Positions 29,599 through 40,881 are shown, counted from the stretch's first letter. The stretch is DNA of 64,000 bases from an uncultured Tenacibaculum sp. (GCF_947504135.1 NZ_CANNGG010000006.1:43927-107926); one strand, 5' to 3'. The notes: generated by a model not told the origin, from the letters alone. Numbers and translations are program-made.

Positions 29599-30795
29599 AT
29601 GAAAAAAGTATTTTTCGGTTTATTAGCAGGAGTATCATTATTTGCAACAGCGCAAACGGCTCCAACTGATAGTATTCCAACTAACCCGCAAACTCAGCAG
29701 AATGCTGCGCAACGTCTATTATCTTCAAACTTAAGTCAACAAGGACTTACAGTTGGGGGGTATGCAGAAGCACATTTAAACAGAGCAACTGGTGAAAACG
29801 CTAAACTAGATGTTCATAGATTAGTAATGCTTTTCGGGTACAAGTTTAATGAAAGAACTCAATTCGTAACTGAAATTGAATTTGAACACGTAAAAGAAGT
29901 ATATGTAGAGCAAGCTTTCTTACAATATACTATTGCTGATAATGTAAACTTACGCGCAGGTTTAATGTTAGTACCAATGGGTATTGTTAACGAATACCAC
30001 GAACCAACTACCTTTAACGGAGTAGAAAGACCAAGTATGGATAAATCTATCGTTCCATCTACATGGAGAGAATTAGGTTTAGGGGTTTCTGGTAAATGGG
30101 ATGCAGCTTCTTTACGTTACCAAGCTTATATGTTTAACGGATTCAAATCTGAAAACGACGGTAAGTTTTTAGGAGGAAAAGACGGATTCCGTAGTGGACG
30201 TCAAAAAGGAGCAGAATCTATGATGAACAATATCAATGTTTCTGGTAAAGTAGATTATTACGGATTACCAGGTTTACGTTTAGGTTTATCAGGATACTTT
30301 GGAAGAACACAATCTGAAAACGATGTAGAAGATTTAGAAGGAGCTGATGTAGGAATTGCTATGGTTGGTTTAGATGCTCGTTATGCGTACCAACGTTTTA
30401 CAGCACGCGGTCAGTTTATCCATGCTAGTATATCAGACGCTAAAGAATACAATGACTTTTATGAGTACACTAATGGAGATGGAGAAATTGTTCGTCCAGA
30501 TTTAGGAAGCGCATTACAAGGTTGGTATTTAGAAGCAGCATATAACTTATTACCGCAAGATAAAAAGCAACAATTACATGCTTTTGCACGTTACGAAGAT
30601 TATAACACACACGCCTCTGTAGCTGAAGGAACTGTTAAAAACTTAGCTTACGATCGTGATGAGTGGACGTTTGGGTTAACGTATAAAGTAGCACCAGGAG
30701 CTGCATTTAAAGCAGATTACCAGCTTAAAAATGATGCAGTATCAGGTAGCCAAACAATTAAGCAATTAAACTTAGGTTTCGGAGTTTGGTTCTAA
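29599..30795 (+). CDS. Outer-membrane beta-barrel porin (OprO/P-like)
   Basis: Signal peptide; EIEFEH, VEQAFLQY, HEPTTFNGVERP; C-terminal GFGVWF. Confidence 0.8.
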   Translation: MKKVFFGLLAGVSLFATAQTAPTDSIPTNPQTQQNAAQRLLSSNLSQQGLTVGGYAEAHLNRATGENAKLDVHRLVMLFGYKFNERTQFVTEIEFEHVKEVYVEQAFLQYTIADNVNLRAGLMLVPMGIVNEYHEPTTFNGVERPSMDKSIVPSTWRELGLGVSGKWDAASLRYQAYMFNGFKSENDGKFLGGKDGFRSGRQKGAESMMNNINVSGKVDYYGLPGLRLGLSGYFGRTQSENDVEDLEGADVGIAMVGLDARYAYQRFTARGQFIHASISDAKEYNDFYEYTNGDGEIVRPDLGSALQGWYLEAAYNLLPQDKKQQLHAFARYEDYNTHASVAEGTVKNLAYDRDEWTFGLTYKVAPGAAFKADYQLKNDAVSGSQTIKQLNLGFGVWF

Positions 30796-30817
30796 TATAA
30801 CCAGAAACATATCCTAT

Positions 30818-30856
30818 AAAAAACGAATCAAATTATGTTAATTTGGTTCGTTTTTT
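30818..30856 (+). terminator. Intrinsic terminator after the porin gene
   Basis: AAAAAACGAATCAAATT...AATTTGGTTCGTTTTTT. Confidence 0.75.
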
Positions 30857-30892
30857 GTTTTTTATTTAGACTAATTCCAATATTTTTGTAAC

Positions 30893-31429
30893 ATGAGAAA
30901 ACAACTATTTTTTCCTTTTTTATTATTTGTAGCTTCTTTTGGCTTGCTGTCGTTTGTCATTCCTAAAAATGTACAAAAAAAAGTAACAAAAGAAATAAAT
31001 AATACTTTTGAGGTAGAGACTTTTAATCTAGAGGAAATAAAGATTTCAAAAAATGTAAACGATTTATTAGTTCGAAAAATTGAAGAGGATAAGCTTTTTA
31101 AAATTCATGTAAAGAACGAACTAATAGGGTATGCTTATGTAGATAAAGCTCCGAGTAAAACAGATGAGTTCGATTATTTAATCTTATTAGATAAAAACTT
31201 AATTATAGTAAAAACTAAAATATTGATTTACCGCGAAGATTATGGCGGAGAAATAGGAAGTAAGCGTTGGTTAAAACAATTTAACGGAAAAACTTCTACA
31301 GACGCCTTACAATATGAAAAAGATATAATGGCAATTTCAGGAGCAACAATTTCAGCATCTTCAATGACTATTGCGGTAAATACATTTCTTCAAAATTTAG
31401 CAGTTCTTCATCAAAATAAGGTATTATAA
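30893..31429 (+). CDS. FMN-binding domain protein
   Basis: YREDYGGEI, WLKQF, DIMAISGATIS flavinylation-type motif. Confidence 0.88.
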   Translation: MRKQLFFPFLLFVASFGLLSFVIPKNVQKKVTKEINNTFEVETFNLEEIKISKNVNDLLVRKIEEDKLFKIHVKNELIGYAYVDKAPSKTDEFDYLILLDKNLIIVKTKILIYREDYGGEIGSKRWLKQFNGKTSTDALQYEKDIMAISGATISASSMTIAVNTFLQNLAVLHQNKVL

Positions 31430-31924
31430 ATGCAAGTACACGGAGTTATTCATCAGTTTCCTAGAGAAATAAAATTTTTAATAATTGTTTTTGTAGCCAC
31501 GTTAAGTATAGGCTATTTTGGTGGGCTTTCATTTGTAAATGACACCACCAATGCGAGTTCTAAAGGAATTCAAGAGCGTTATTTAGGAAACGAAGACGAT
31601 GAAGAAGCTACCAAAATGATGTTTAAAAAATCTGAAGGAGAAATAAAAACATTGGTACACAACCATATATTATCAATTTCAGTAATTTTCTTTTTATTGG
31701 CAATTATTTTATCTACAACAAGTATTGGAATGAAACTTAAATTATTTTTAATGATTGAGCCTTTTGTTTCGGTAGTTTGTACTTTTGGTGGTATCTATTT
31801 AATGTGGACAGGTATTACGTGGATGAAATACATAGTAATGGTTTCTGGCTTTTTTATGACAACTACTTACATACTCTCTTCATTCTTTATTATAAAGTCG
31901 ATTTTAGTATCAAAAAAAGACTAA
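31430..31924 (+). CDS. Hypothetical membrane protein (4 TM)
   Basis: Abuts the FMN-binding gene stop; HNHILS motif; hydrophobic segments. Confidence 0.7.
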   Translation: MQVHGVIHQFPREIKFLIIVFVATLSIGYFGGLSFVNDTTNASSKGIQERYLGNEDDEEATKMMFKKSEGEIKTLVHNHILSISVIFFLLAIILSTTSIGMKLKLFLMIEPFVSVVCTFGGIYLMWTGITWMKYIVMVSGFFMTTTYILSSFFIIKSILVSKKD

Positions 31925-32001
31925 CGTTAAATTAACCGATATTATATATTTTGTAGTATATTTGCATGCAATTAATTAACAACACACTAAATTGATTGCA
32001 T

Positions 32002-33477
32002 ATGCAAGCTCATCAAAATAAAATATTAGGTGAAGGATTAACGTACGACGACGTTTTATTAGTTCCTGCCTACTCAGAAGTACTTCCAAGAGAAGTTTCA
32101 ATCCAAACAAAGTTTACAAGAAACATAACAATCAATGTTCCAATAGTATCAGCAGCTATGGATACGGTAACCGAATCTGCTATGGCAATTGCTATTGCAA
32201 GAGAAGGAGGAATAGGCGTGTTGCATAAAAACATGACAATAGAGCAACAAGCTCTTGAGGTTCGCAAAGTTAAACGTGCAGAAAGCGGAATGATAATCGA
32301 TCCGATTACTTTGTCGTTAAGTGCAATCGTTTTAGATGCTAAACAAGCAATGCGTGAGCATAAAATTGGAGGTATTCCAATTGTTGATGAAGCAGGAAAA
32401 TTAGTAGGAATTGTAACGAATCGTGATTTGCGTTTCGAAAAAAATAACGAGCGTCCTATTGTTGAAGTTATGACCTCTGAAAACTTAGTAACAGTTGCAG
32501 AAGGAACTTCTTTAAAAGATGCTGAAGTTATCTTGCAAGAAAACAAAATAGAAAAGTTACCTGTTGTTAATGACGATGATAAGCTAGTAGGATTAATTAC
32601 TTTTAGAGATATTACAAAGCTTACACAAAAACCAATAGCTAATAAAGACTCATATGGACGTTTACGAGTAGCTGCAGCGTTAGGTGTAACGCACGATGCA
32701 GTTGATAGAGCAGAAGCCTTAGTAAATGCAGGGGTAGATGCTGTGATAATTGATACAGCTCACGGACATACCAAAGGAGTGGTTTCTGTATTAAAAGAAG
32801 TAAAAACTAAATTCCCTGAATTAGATGTTGTTGTAGGGAACATTGCAACACCAGAAGCAGCTAAATATTTAGTAGAAGCTGGAGCAGATGCAGTAAAAGT
32901 AGGAATAGGACCAGGATCTATTTGTACAACTCGTGTAGTTGCTGGGGTAGGATTCCCACAATTTTCAGCAGTGTTAGAAGTTGCAGAAGCTATTAAAGGA
33001 AGTGGAGTTCCTGTAATTGCTGATGGAGGTATTCGTTATACAGGTGATATTCCAAAAGCTGTTGCGGCTGGAGCAGACTGTGTAATGTTAGGTTCATTAT
33101 TAGCAGGAACCAAAGAATCTCCAGGAGAAACCATTATTTACGAAGGAAGAAAATTCAAATCGTACCGTGGAATGGGATCTGTTGAAGCCATGAAACAAGG
33201 TTCAAAAGATCGTTATTTCCAAGATGTAGAAGACGATATTAAAAAGTTAGTTCCAGAAGGAATTGTAGGACGTGTTGCTTACAAAGGAGAATTACAAGAA
33301 AGTATTCATCAGTTTGTAGGTGGATTACGTGCAGGAATGGGATACTGTGGAGCAAAAGACATTGAAACACTAAAAAATACAGGAAGATTTATCCGTATTA
33401 CTGCAAGCGGAATTAACGAAAGTCACCCACACGATGTAGCAATTACTAAAGAAGCACCTAATTACAGTAGAAGATAA
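32002..33477 (+). CDS. guaB: IMP dehydrogenase
   Basis: [12 protein letters not shown] pair, [17 protein letters not shown]; TATATTTG box at 31957-64. Confidence 0.97.
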   Translation: MQAHQNKILGEGLTYDDVLLVPAYSEVLPREVSIQTKFTRNITINVPIVSAAMDTVTESAMAIAIAREGGIGVLHKNMTIEQQALEVRKVKRAESGMIIDPITLSLSAIVLDAKQAMREHKIGGIPIVDEAGKLVGIVTNRDLRFEKNNERPIVEVMTSENLVTVAEGTSLKDAEVILQENKIEKLPVVNDDDKLVGLITFRDITKLTQKPIANKDSYGRLRVAAALGVTHDAVDRAEALVNAGVDAVIIDTAHGHTKGVVSVLKEVKTKFPELDVVVGNIATPEAAKYLVEAGADAVKVGIGPGSICTTRVVAGVGFPQFSAVLEVAEAIKGSGVPVIADGGIRYTGDIPKAVAAGADCVMLGSLLAGTKESPGETIIYEGRKFKSYRGMGSVEAMKQGSKDRYFQDVEDDIKKLVPEGIVGRVAYKGELQESIHQFVGGLRAGMGYCGAKDIETLKNTGRFIRITASGINESHPHDVAITKEAPNYSRR

Positions 33478-33505
33478 TTCTGGTAAAATAATCGCAATAA
33501 AACTC

Positions 33506-33540
33506 AAACTCTGTTAATAATTAAATTAGCAGAGTTTTTT
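33506..33540 (+). terminator. Intrinsic terminator after guaB
   Basis: AAACTCTGTTAAT...ATTAGCAGAGTTT followed by a T-run. Confidence 0.7.
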
Positions 33541-33593
33541 GTTTTTAAGTAGTAAATACTATTTTAGCAGAGACTTCAATTTCCTTTATTTTT

Positions 33594-35450
33594 ATGACTC
33601 AAGAAACAAAATATACCGAAGATAATATTCGCTCGCTCGATTGGAAAGAACATATCCGTATGCGTCCTGGGATGTATATTGGTAAATTAGGAGACGGTTC
33701 TTCACCCGACGATGGTATTTATATTTTGGTTAAAGAAGTGCTCGACAACTCTATTGATGAGTTTGTTATGGGTACAGGAAAAACAATTGAAGTTTCGGTA
33801 CAAGGCGATAAAGTAATTGTACGTGATTATGGTCGTGGTATTCCGTTAGGAAAAGTTGTCGATGTAGTATCGAAAATGAATACCGGAGGTAAATACGATT
33901 CACGTGCCTTTAAAAAATCGGTAGGATTAAACGGAGTAGGTACCAAAGCGGTAAATGCCTTATCTACTTACTTCAGAGTTGAGTCTACTCGTGATGGTAA
34001 ATCAGCAGCAGCAGAGTTTGAAAAAGGAAATTTAACCAATGAAGAATTTCTTGAAGAAACATCACGTCGTAGAGGTACCAAAGTAACCTTTGTAGCAGAT
34101 GAAACCATTTTTAAGAACTACAAGTATCGTCCAGAGTATATTATAAAACTACTGAAAAACTATGTATACCTAAACCCAGGACTAACCATAGTTTTTAACG
34201 GTGAAAAGTTTTATTCAGAAAACGGATTAAAAGATTTATTAGAAGATAACAACAATCAAGATGATATGTTGTATCCAATAATTCATTTACGAGGAGATGA
34301 TATTGAAGTAGCAATTACACACAGTAAAACGCAATATTCAGAAGAATATCATTCGTTTGTAAACGGACAAAACACCACGCAAGGAGGTACGCATTTAAAT
34401 GCTTTTAGAGAAGCGGTGGTAAAAACGGTGCGTGAGTTCTTCGGAAAAAACTTTGATGCGTCTGATGTTCGTAAATCTATCATAGCAGCCATTTCTATCA
34501 AGGTAATGGAGCCTGTTTTTGAAAGTCAAACCAAAACCAAATTAGGATCTACCGAAATGGGAGGTGATTTACCAACCGTTCGTACCTATATCAACGATTT
34601 TGTAAAAACACAGTTAGATAACTTTTTACATAAGAATACCGAGATAGCAGATAAACTTCAAAGAAAGATACTACAAGCTGAGAAAGAGCGTAAAGAGTTA
34701 TCAGGAATTCGAAAATTGGCTCGTGAACGTGCTAAAAAAGCGAGTTTGCACAACAAAAAATTACGTGATTGCCGTATTCACTTTGGAGATACCAAAAAAG
34801 ACGGATATTTAGATACAACTCTGTTTATTACCGAGGGAGATTCGGCAAGTGGATCGATTACCAAATCACGTAATGTAAATACCCAAGCAGTATTCAGCTT
34901 AAAAGGGAAACCTTTAAACTCGTACGGATTGTCTAAAAAAATCGTGTACGAAAATGAGGAGTTTAACTTATTACAAGCTGCTCTAAATATTGAAGACGGA
35001 CTAGAAGATTTACGATACAACAACATTGTAATTGCTACCGATGCCGATGTAGATGGTATGCACATTCGCTTGTTATTAATCACTTTCTTTTTACAGTTCT
35101 TTCCAGAGGTAATCAAAGAAGGGCATTTATATATTTTAGATACTCCGTTATTTAGAGTTCGAAATAAAAAGGAAACAATTTATTGTTATTCAGAAGAAGA
35201 AAAGCAAGCTGCAATTGATAAGCTAAGAGGAAAACCAGAAATAACTCGATTTAAAGGATTAGGGGAGATTTCGCCTAACGAATTTGTTCATTTTATTGGC
35301 GATGATATTCGTTTAGACCCAGTAATGTTAGATAAAGAAATGTCGATAGAGCAGATGTTAGAATTCTATATGGGTAAAAACACTCCAGACAGACAAAAGT
35401 TTATCATCAATAACCTAAAAGTAGAGTTAGACTTAGTAGAAGAAAATTAA
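33594..35450 (+). CDS. parE: DNA topoisomerase IV subunit B
   Basis: [49 protein letters not shown]; 618 aa. Confidence 0.93.
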   Translation: MTQETKYTEDNIRSLDWKEHIRMRPGMYIGKLGDGSSPDDGIYILVKEVLDNSIDEFVMGTGKTIEVSVQGDKVIVRDYGRGIPLGKVVDVVSKMNTGGKYDSRAFKKSVGLNGVGTKAVNALSTYFRVESTRDGKSAAAEFEKGNLTNEEFLEETSRRRGTKVTFVADETIFKNYKYRPEYIIKLLKNYVYLNPGLTIVFNGEKFYSENGLKDLLEDNNNQDDMLYPIIHLRGDDIEVAITHSKTQYSEEYHSFVNGQNTTQGGTHLNAFREAVVKTVREFFGKNFDASDVRKSIIAAISIKVMEPVFESQTKTKLGSTEMGGDLPTVRTYINDFVKTQLDNFLHKNTEIADKLQRKILQAEKERKELSGIRKLARERAKKASLHNKKLRDCRIHFGDTKKDGYLDTTLFITEGDSASGSITKSRNVNTQAVFSLKGKPLNSYGLSKKIVYENEEFNLLQAALNIEDGLEDLRYNNIVIATDADVDGMHIRLLLITFFLQFFPEVIKEGHLYILDTPLFRVRNKKETIYCYSEEEKQAAIDKLRGKPEITRFKGLGEISPNEFVHFIGDDIRLDPVMLDKEMSIEQMLEFYMGKNTPDRQKFIINNLKVELDLVEEN

Positions 35451-35451
35451 T

Positions 35452-35670
35452 ATGAAAAGCGTACGAAAAATTTTTGATGCTATGTCGATCCTTTTTGGAG
35501 TCATCTTAATTGGATGGTTTACACAAATTGATTACAGTAATTTGAGTTTTAATGACAACTTATCTCCGTACTTAGGAATCATTTCAGCTGTCTTATTCAT
35601 CTTTGTAATGCAGTTTACAAAAAAACATCAGGTAAATAAACAGCTTGTAACTAAGAACAAGAAAAAATAA
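35452..35670 (+). CDS. Small 2-TM membrane protein A
   Basis: 72 aa; IDYSNLSFNDNLSPYLGII loop; 1 nt after the parE stop. Confidence 0.7.
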   Translation: MKSVRKIFDAMSILFGVILIGWFTQIDYSNLSFNDNLSPYLGIISAVLFIFVMQFTKKHQVNKQLVTKNKKK

Positions 35671-35861
35671 TGGATAGAAATAGAAGAGCTAGAATATATT
35701 TATTAATAGCATTTTCAATTTTTTTTGTCAACGTATTCAATGTTGATTTTGACAATTTAAGTTGGGAGGCAAATAGGGCATCTTATATCAATATGATAGT
35801 TGCAGCCTTAGTTTTTATAGCTATTTTTTTACTAATTAAGAAGAAACAAAAGAACTCTTAA
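35670..35861 (+). CDS. Small 2-TM membrane protein B (paralogue of A)
   Basis: 63 aa; VDFDNLSWEANRASYINMI loop; TAATG overlap with A. Confidence 0.7.
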   Translation: MDRNRRARIYLLIAFSIFFVNVFNVDFDNLSWEANRASYINMIVAALVFIAIFLLIKKKQKNS

Positions 35862-35887
35862 ACGAATAAACGTTTAAACATTCATAT

Positions 35888-38593
35888 ATGAGTGAAGAAA
35901 ACAACAATTACGAACACGACGAAGAATTAAATCAACCTATTGAAAGTACCGAAACCATTACCAAGGTAACTGGTATGTACAAGGAATGGTTTTTAGATTA
36001 TGCTTCGTATGTAATTTTAGAACGTGCTGTACCCTCGATTGAAGACGGATTTAAACCCGTACAACGTCGTATTATGCATTCGATGAAAGATTTAGACGAT
36101 GGTCGTTACAATAAGGTTGCGAACATTGTTGGGCATACCATGCAGTATCACCCGCATGGAGATGCTTCTATTGCCGATGCCATGGTACAAATGGGACAGA
36201 AAGAATTGCTGATAGACATGCAAGGTAACTGGGGTAATATCCTTACAGGCGATCGTGCTGCAGCTTCCCGTTATATCGAAGCACGTTTGTCGAAGTTTGC
36301 TTTAGATGTTGTTTTCAACGCCAAAACTACCGAATGGCAAGCATCGTACGATGGTCGTAAAAAAGAACCTGTAAACTTACCTGTAAAGTTTCCATTATTA
36401 TTAGCACAAGGGGCAGAAGGTATTGCAGTTGGATTGTCGACTAAAATTCTTCCACATAACTTTAACGAGTTGATAGATGCTTCTGTTAAATATTTAAAAG
36501 GAAGAAGTTTTACCATTGTTCCTGATTTTTTAACTGGAGGTATTGTTGATGTAACTGATTATAAAGACGGAAAAAGAGGAGGAAAAATCAGAGTACGTGC
36601 TAAAATTTCAGCATTAGATAAAAAAACGCTAGTTATTAATGAAATTCCGTTCGGAACTACTACATCATCTTTAATTGATAGCATTTTAAAGGCGAATGAT
36701 AAAGGTAAAATCAAGATTAAACGTATTGAAGATAATACAGCTGCTGAGGTAGAAATTTTGGTGCATTTACCACCTAATGTATCCCCAGATAAAACGATTG
36801 ATGCTTTATACGCTTTTACTAATTGTGAAAACTCAATTTCTCCGTTATGTTGTATTATTGAAGATAACAAACCGGTATTTATTGGAGTAACAGAAGTCTT
36901 AAAAAAATCGACAGATTTTACAGTTGAGTTACTTAAACGTGAGTTAGAAATTCAGTTACACGAATTAGAAGAACAATGGCATTTTGCTTCGTTAGAGCGT
37001 ATATTTATTGAAAATAGAATTTATCGTGATATTGAAGAGGTTGAAACTTGGGAAGGTGTAATTGAAGCTATTGATAAAGGTTTACAGCCACATACCAAAC
37101 ATTTGAGGCGTAAAGTAACAGAGGAAGATATTGTGCGTTTAACAGAAATCCGAATTAAAAAGATTTCTAAGTTTGATATTGATAAAGCGAAACAATTTAT
37201 TGAAAGCTTAGAAGAAAAAATAGCTGAGGTTAAACATCATTTAGATAATTTAATTGATTTTGCAATAGACTATTTTAAAGAGTTAAAAGCAAAATACGGA
37301 AAAGGTAAAGAACGTAAAACTGAAATTCGAATTTTTGATGATATCGTAGCCACCAAGGTAGTAATGCGTAACTCAAAGTTATATGTAAACAGAGAGGAAG
37401 GATTTATTGGAACATCGTTGAAAAAAGACGAATATGTTACCGACTGTGCTGATATTGATGATGTGATAGTGTTTAGAGAAGATGGGTCGATGATCGTAAC
37501 TAAGGTTGATTCGAAGACTTTCGTAGGAAAAGGAATTATACACGTTGCAATTTTCAAAAAGAAAGATAAGCGTACTGTTTATAACATGATTTACAGAGAC
37601 GGAGCTAAAGGAGCTTCGTTTATGAAGCGTTTCAATGTAACTTCGGTAACACGTGATAAAGAGTACAATTTAGCAAATAATAACCCGAAGTCGAAAGTAT
37701 TATATTTTTCTGCAAACCCTAACGGTGAAGCAGAAGTAGTAACCATTTTACTTCGAGCTGTTGGAAGTATTAAAAAATTGAAGTGGGATATTGATTTTGC
37801 AGATTTAGCGATTAAAGGTCGTAGTGTTCGTGGTAACCAAGTAACTAAATATGCAATTAAAAAGGTAGAATTTAAAGAGGCAGGTGTATCTACTTTAAAA
37901 CCACGTAAAATTTGGTTTGATGATACGGTTAAGCGTTTAAACGTAGACGGAAGAGGAGAGTTGTTAGGCGAATTTAGAGCAGAAGACAAAATTTTAATCG
38001 CTACACAATCAGGAAAAATAAAGGCGGTAACTCCAGATTTGGCAATGCATTTCGAAGGCGATATGATTGTTTTAGAAAAATGGAAACCAAACAAGCCCAT
38101 TTCAGCAATTTATTTTGATGGAAACAAGGAACGTTATTTTGTAAAACGTTTTTTAATTGAATCAACAGATAAAGAAGAAACCTTCATTTCTGAGCACGAA
38201 AAGTCGAAGTTAGAAATTATTGCAACAGATTATCGTCCAGTAGCTGAGGTTATCTTTTCTAAACGAAGTTTAGAGGATATGGAGGTTAATTTTGAAGAGT
38301 TTATAGCAGTTAAAGGAATAAAAGCCTTAGGAAATCAGTTAACTACTGAAAAAATTAGAACCGTAAACCTATTAGAATCGCTTCCGTATGAAGAGCCCGA
38401 AGAAGAAAAGGTTGAAGATGTAGAAGTAAATGACGAGGAGGAAATTATTGAAGATGTATTGCCGTTAGACGTTCCAGAGGTTAAAAAAGAGTTTGAAGAA
38501 TCGAAAGAAGATAAAGCAAAAAAAGCCTTAGAAAGAGCACTTCAAAAAAAGAAGAAAGATAAAGATGACGAAAGTCAAACTGCATTATTTTAA
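35888..38593 (+). CDS. parC: DNA topoisomerase IV subunit A
   Basis: DGFKPVQRR, YHPHGD, AAASRYIEARL (catalytic Tyr); acidic C-terminal tail. Confidence 0.93.
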   Translation: MSEENNNYEHDEELNQPIESTETITKVTGMYKEWFLDYASYVILERAVPSIEDGFKPVQRRIMHSMKDLDDGRYNKVANIVGHTMQYHPHGDASIADAMVQMGQKELLIDMQGNWGNILTGDRAAASRYIEARLSKFALDVVFNAKTTEWQASYDGRKKEPVNLPVKFPLLLAQGAEGIAVGLSTKILPHNFNELIDASVKYLKGRSFTIVPDFLTGGIVDVTDYKDGKRGGKIRVRAKISALDKKTLVINEIPFGTTTSSLIDSILKANDKGKIKIKRIEDNTAAEVEILVHLPPNVSPDKTIDALYAFTNCENSISPLCCIIEDNKPVFIGVTEVLKKSTDFTVELLKRELEIQLHELEEQWHFASLERIFIENRIYRDIEEVETWEGVIEAIDKGLQPHTKHLRRKVTEEDIVRLTEIRIKKISKFDIDKAKQFIESLEEKIAEVKHHLDNLIDFAIDYFKELKAKYGKGKERKTEIRIFDDIVATKVVMRNSKLYVNREEGFIGTSLKKDEYVTDCADIDDVIVFREDGSMIVTKVDSKTFVGKGIIHVAIFKKKDKRTVYNMIYRDGAKGASFMKRFNVTSVTRDKEYNLANNNPKSKVLYFSANPNGEAEVVTILLRAVGSIKKLKWDIDFADLAIKGRSVRGNQVTKYAIKKVEFKEAGVSTLKPRKIWFDDTVKRLNVDGRGELLGEFRAEDKILIATQSGKIKAVTPDLAMHFEGDMIVLEKWKPNKPISAIYFDGNKERYFVKRFLIESTDKEETFISEHEKSKLEIIATDYRPVAEVIFSKRSLEDMEVNFEEFIAVKGIKALGNQLTTEKIRTVNLLESLPYEEPEEEKVEDVEVNDEEEIIEDVLPLDVPEVKKEFEESKEDKAKKALERALQKKKKDKDDESQTALF

Positions 38594-39459
38594 TGAGTGA
38601 GTTAATACCATATCGTTTTAATTTAGATACTTTTTTTGGTGTTTTAGGTTATATTGTAGTTGTTCTTTTAACCTCTTGGCTTATATCTAGATTAGTTAGG
38701 GCAATTATTTGGCAATTAATTAAAAGTAAAAAAGAAGACCGTTTTGGTAGAACCAGTATTCAGTTTTTACGTAATTCAGTAACTTTTGTAATAGGACTTT
38801 TAACTGTTATATACATTATTATGACAGTTCCTGCTTTTAGAAGTAAGGCAACACTAATTTTTTCTGGAGCAGGTATTATTGCTGCAATTATAGGTTTTGC
38901 TGCACAAGCAGCGCTTTCTAATTTAATTGCAGGAGCTTTTATTGTTATTTTTCGTCCGTTTCGAGTAGGTGATTATATTAAGTTAGACGAAACTCGCGTA
39001 GGAATTGTTGAAGATATTACACTACGTCATACAGTAATTAATAATTTTGAAAATAAGCGATTAATTATACCAAACTCGGTAATTAGTACTGATTCTATTT
39101 TAAATCATACGATAGAAGATTCTCATATTCTAAGTTTTAATAATTTTAAATTAGGAATAAAAGCCGATATAGATTTAGCGCGAAAAATCATTCAAGAAGA
39201 AGCTGTAAAATTACCTACAGTAATAGATTACCGTACACCCGAGCAAGTAATGGCAGACATAAATCAAGTTGATGTTCGTGTTATTGATGTACATTCAGAT
39301 CATATACATATGCGTGCTTATGTATGGCTAAACGAGCCTTTTCAGGAGTTTAAAACTAAATGTAATTTAAAAGAAGCTGTGCATAAACGTTTCTTAAATG
39401 AAGGAGTAGACTTGCCAATTCCTATTAACATTAATGAAATAATTAACAAAGTAGACTAA
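38593..39459 (+). CDS. MscS family mechanosensitive channel
   Basis: IIGFAAQAALSNLIAG, RPFRVGDYI, IPNS. Confidence 0.92.
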   Translation: MSELIPYRFNLDTFFGVLGYIVVVLLTSWLISRLVRAIIWQLIKSKKEDRFGRTSIQFLRNSVTFVIGLLTVIYIIMTVPAFRSKATLIFSGAGIIAAIIGFAAQAALSNLIAGAFIVIFRPFRVGDYIKLDETRVGIVEDITLRHTVINNFENKRLIIPNSVISTDSILNHTIEDSHILSFNNFKLGIKADIDLARKIIQEEAVKLPTVIDYRTPEQVMADINQVDVRVIDVHSDHIHMRAYVWLNEPFQEFKTKCNLKEAVHKRFLNEGVDLPIPININEIINKVD

Positions 39460-39712
39460 GTTTACTTTGTTAATAGATTTCAAAAGTTATAAAAAGCTTT
39501 TTATCAGAAGGTTTAGGGATTTCAGAAATTAAACCATAAATACCTTTGTCTAGTATTCCTTTTTGTAAAGGTTTCAAACGAAGTTAGGTTTTGTTAGTGA
39601 TTCTTTTTAGGAAAAAGGAGCTAATAGAGGAGGTGTTACAAATCTTACTGACGTTCGAAAATAAGGAATTATAAAAGGAAAATTAAAGGTAAATACCTGA
39701 TTATTAGTTTTT

Positions 39713-40024
39713 TTAATCGTTTTTCTTAAAAAGAAATCCTAATCCAAGACGACTTAAAAATTTTTTTTCAAAGTCCCAGAAAAAATTAAATTGACCAAAT
39801 AGCCAACCCAATATAGGTAAGGTAGTTTGATAAATAGGAAAAATAAGCAGAATTCTTAATGGATAATACAACCAAGGAGACATGCTTTCAGGCGATAAAC
39901 CAAGTAAGCTAGTAACAGGTTTAGCTACCCAAGCAGCAAAAGAACCATTCATAGCGAACACAATAAATATTGCAGCTAAAGACCAGTTATTGTCTACTCC
40001 CCAACGTTGTTTTAATTTTTCCAT
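39713..40024 (-). CDS. DUF6787-like membrane protein
   Basis: MEKLKQRWGV...IFIVFAMNG...FGQFNFFWDFEKK. Confidence 0.75.
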   Translation of the reverse strand: MEKLKQRWGVDNNWSLAAIFIVFAMNGSFAAWVAKPVTSLLGLSPESMSPWLYYPLRILLIFPIYQTTLPILGWLFGQFNFFWDFEKKFLSRLGLGFLFKKND

Positions 40025-40058
40025 ACAGTAATAATCATGGCAAAAGTAATTAAAAGAA

Positions 40059-40084
40059 AAAGGGCAAACAAATGTTTGCCCTTT
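40059..40084 (-). terminator. Intrinsic terminator after the DUF937 gene
   Basis: AAAGGGCAAAC-AAAT-GTTTGCCCTTT, with the T-tract on the minus strand. Confidence 0.75.
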
Positions 40085-40107
40085 GATTAATTGTTAAAAG
40101 AGAAAGT

Positions 40108-40758
40108 TTATTTTTTTCCGAAAACACCACCTAGTAAGCCACCTAATAATCCTCCTGATTTTTGTTGGCTACTGCTAGCATTTCCTAGTACCATTCCAGC
40201 TACATCATCAACAATACTTCCATCACCATCAGCATCTAAAATTTTTTCTAAGAAGCTTTGCTCTTTTTCAGTAGAGCTTCCACCTAGTAATCCGCCTAGC
40301 AAACCGCTTAAATCGCCTGAGTTGCTAACGTTGTTTTGGCGCTTCTGTTGCCCCAAAACCCCCATTAAAATTGGAGTAGCAACTTTTAAAATATCGGCAA
40401 CAGAGCTAGTATCCATACCTGCTTTTTGACCAATTACTTGTTCTACACCTTGTTGTTTATTTCCTAAAACGTGTCCTAAAATTTTACTTCCATCTTGTAT
40501 AACATCTGCATTCACACCACCGCTAAACAAACCTCCTAAGTTGTCTAAAATTCCACCATCGTGTTTATTTAATGCTCCCATTAAACCTTCTGCACCCTCT
40601 GGCGTAGAAGCGTTACGTTGCATAGCCTTCATTAAAACAGGTAAAGCCATGGTTAATACATCGTTCGTTTTGTTAGTGTCTTGCCCTGTTGATCCTGCTA
40701 CACCAGATACAATTGTTTTACCTAAGTCACTGTTTAATAAATCTAAGATTCCTGCCAT
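40108..40758 (-). CDS. DUF937 family protein
   Basis: ALNKHDGGILDNL, DGSKILGHVLG, LDADGDGSIVDD; Gly/Leu-rich. Confidence 0.88.
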   Translation of the reverse strand: MAGILDLLNSDLGKTIVSGVAGSTGQDTNKTNDVLTMALPVLMKAMQRNASTPEGAEGLMGALNKHDGGILDNLGGLFSGGVNADVIQDGSKILGHVLGNKQQGVEQVIGQKAGMDTSSVADILKVATPILMGVLGQQKRQNNVSNSGDLSGLLGGLLGGSSTEKEQSFLEKILDADGDGSIVDDVAGMVLGNASSSQQKSGGLLGGLLGGVFGKK

Positions 40759-40881
40759 TTTTTTTATTTAATAAGATTAGTATTAAGTTCTCAATAATTG
40801 AGACACAAGATACGAATTAGAAGTCACTTTTTTTTAAATAATTCTTTTTACCTTACAGCCTTAAAAAAAATAACAGATTAC

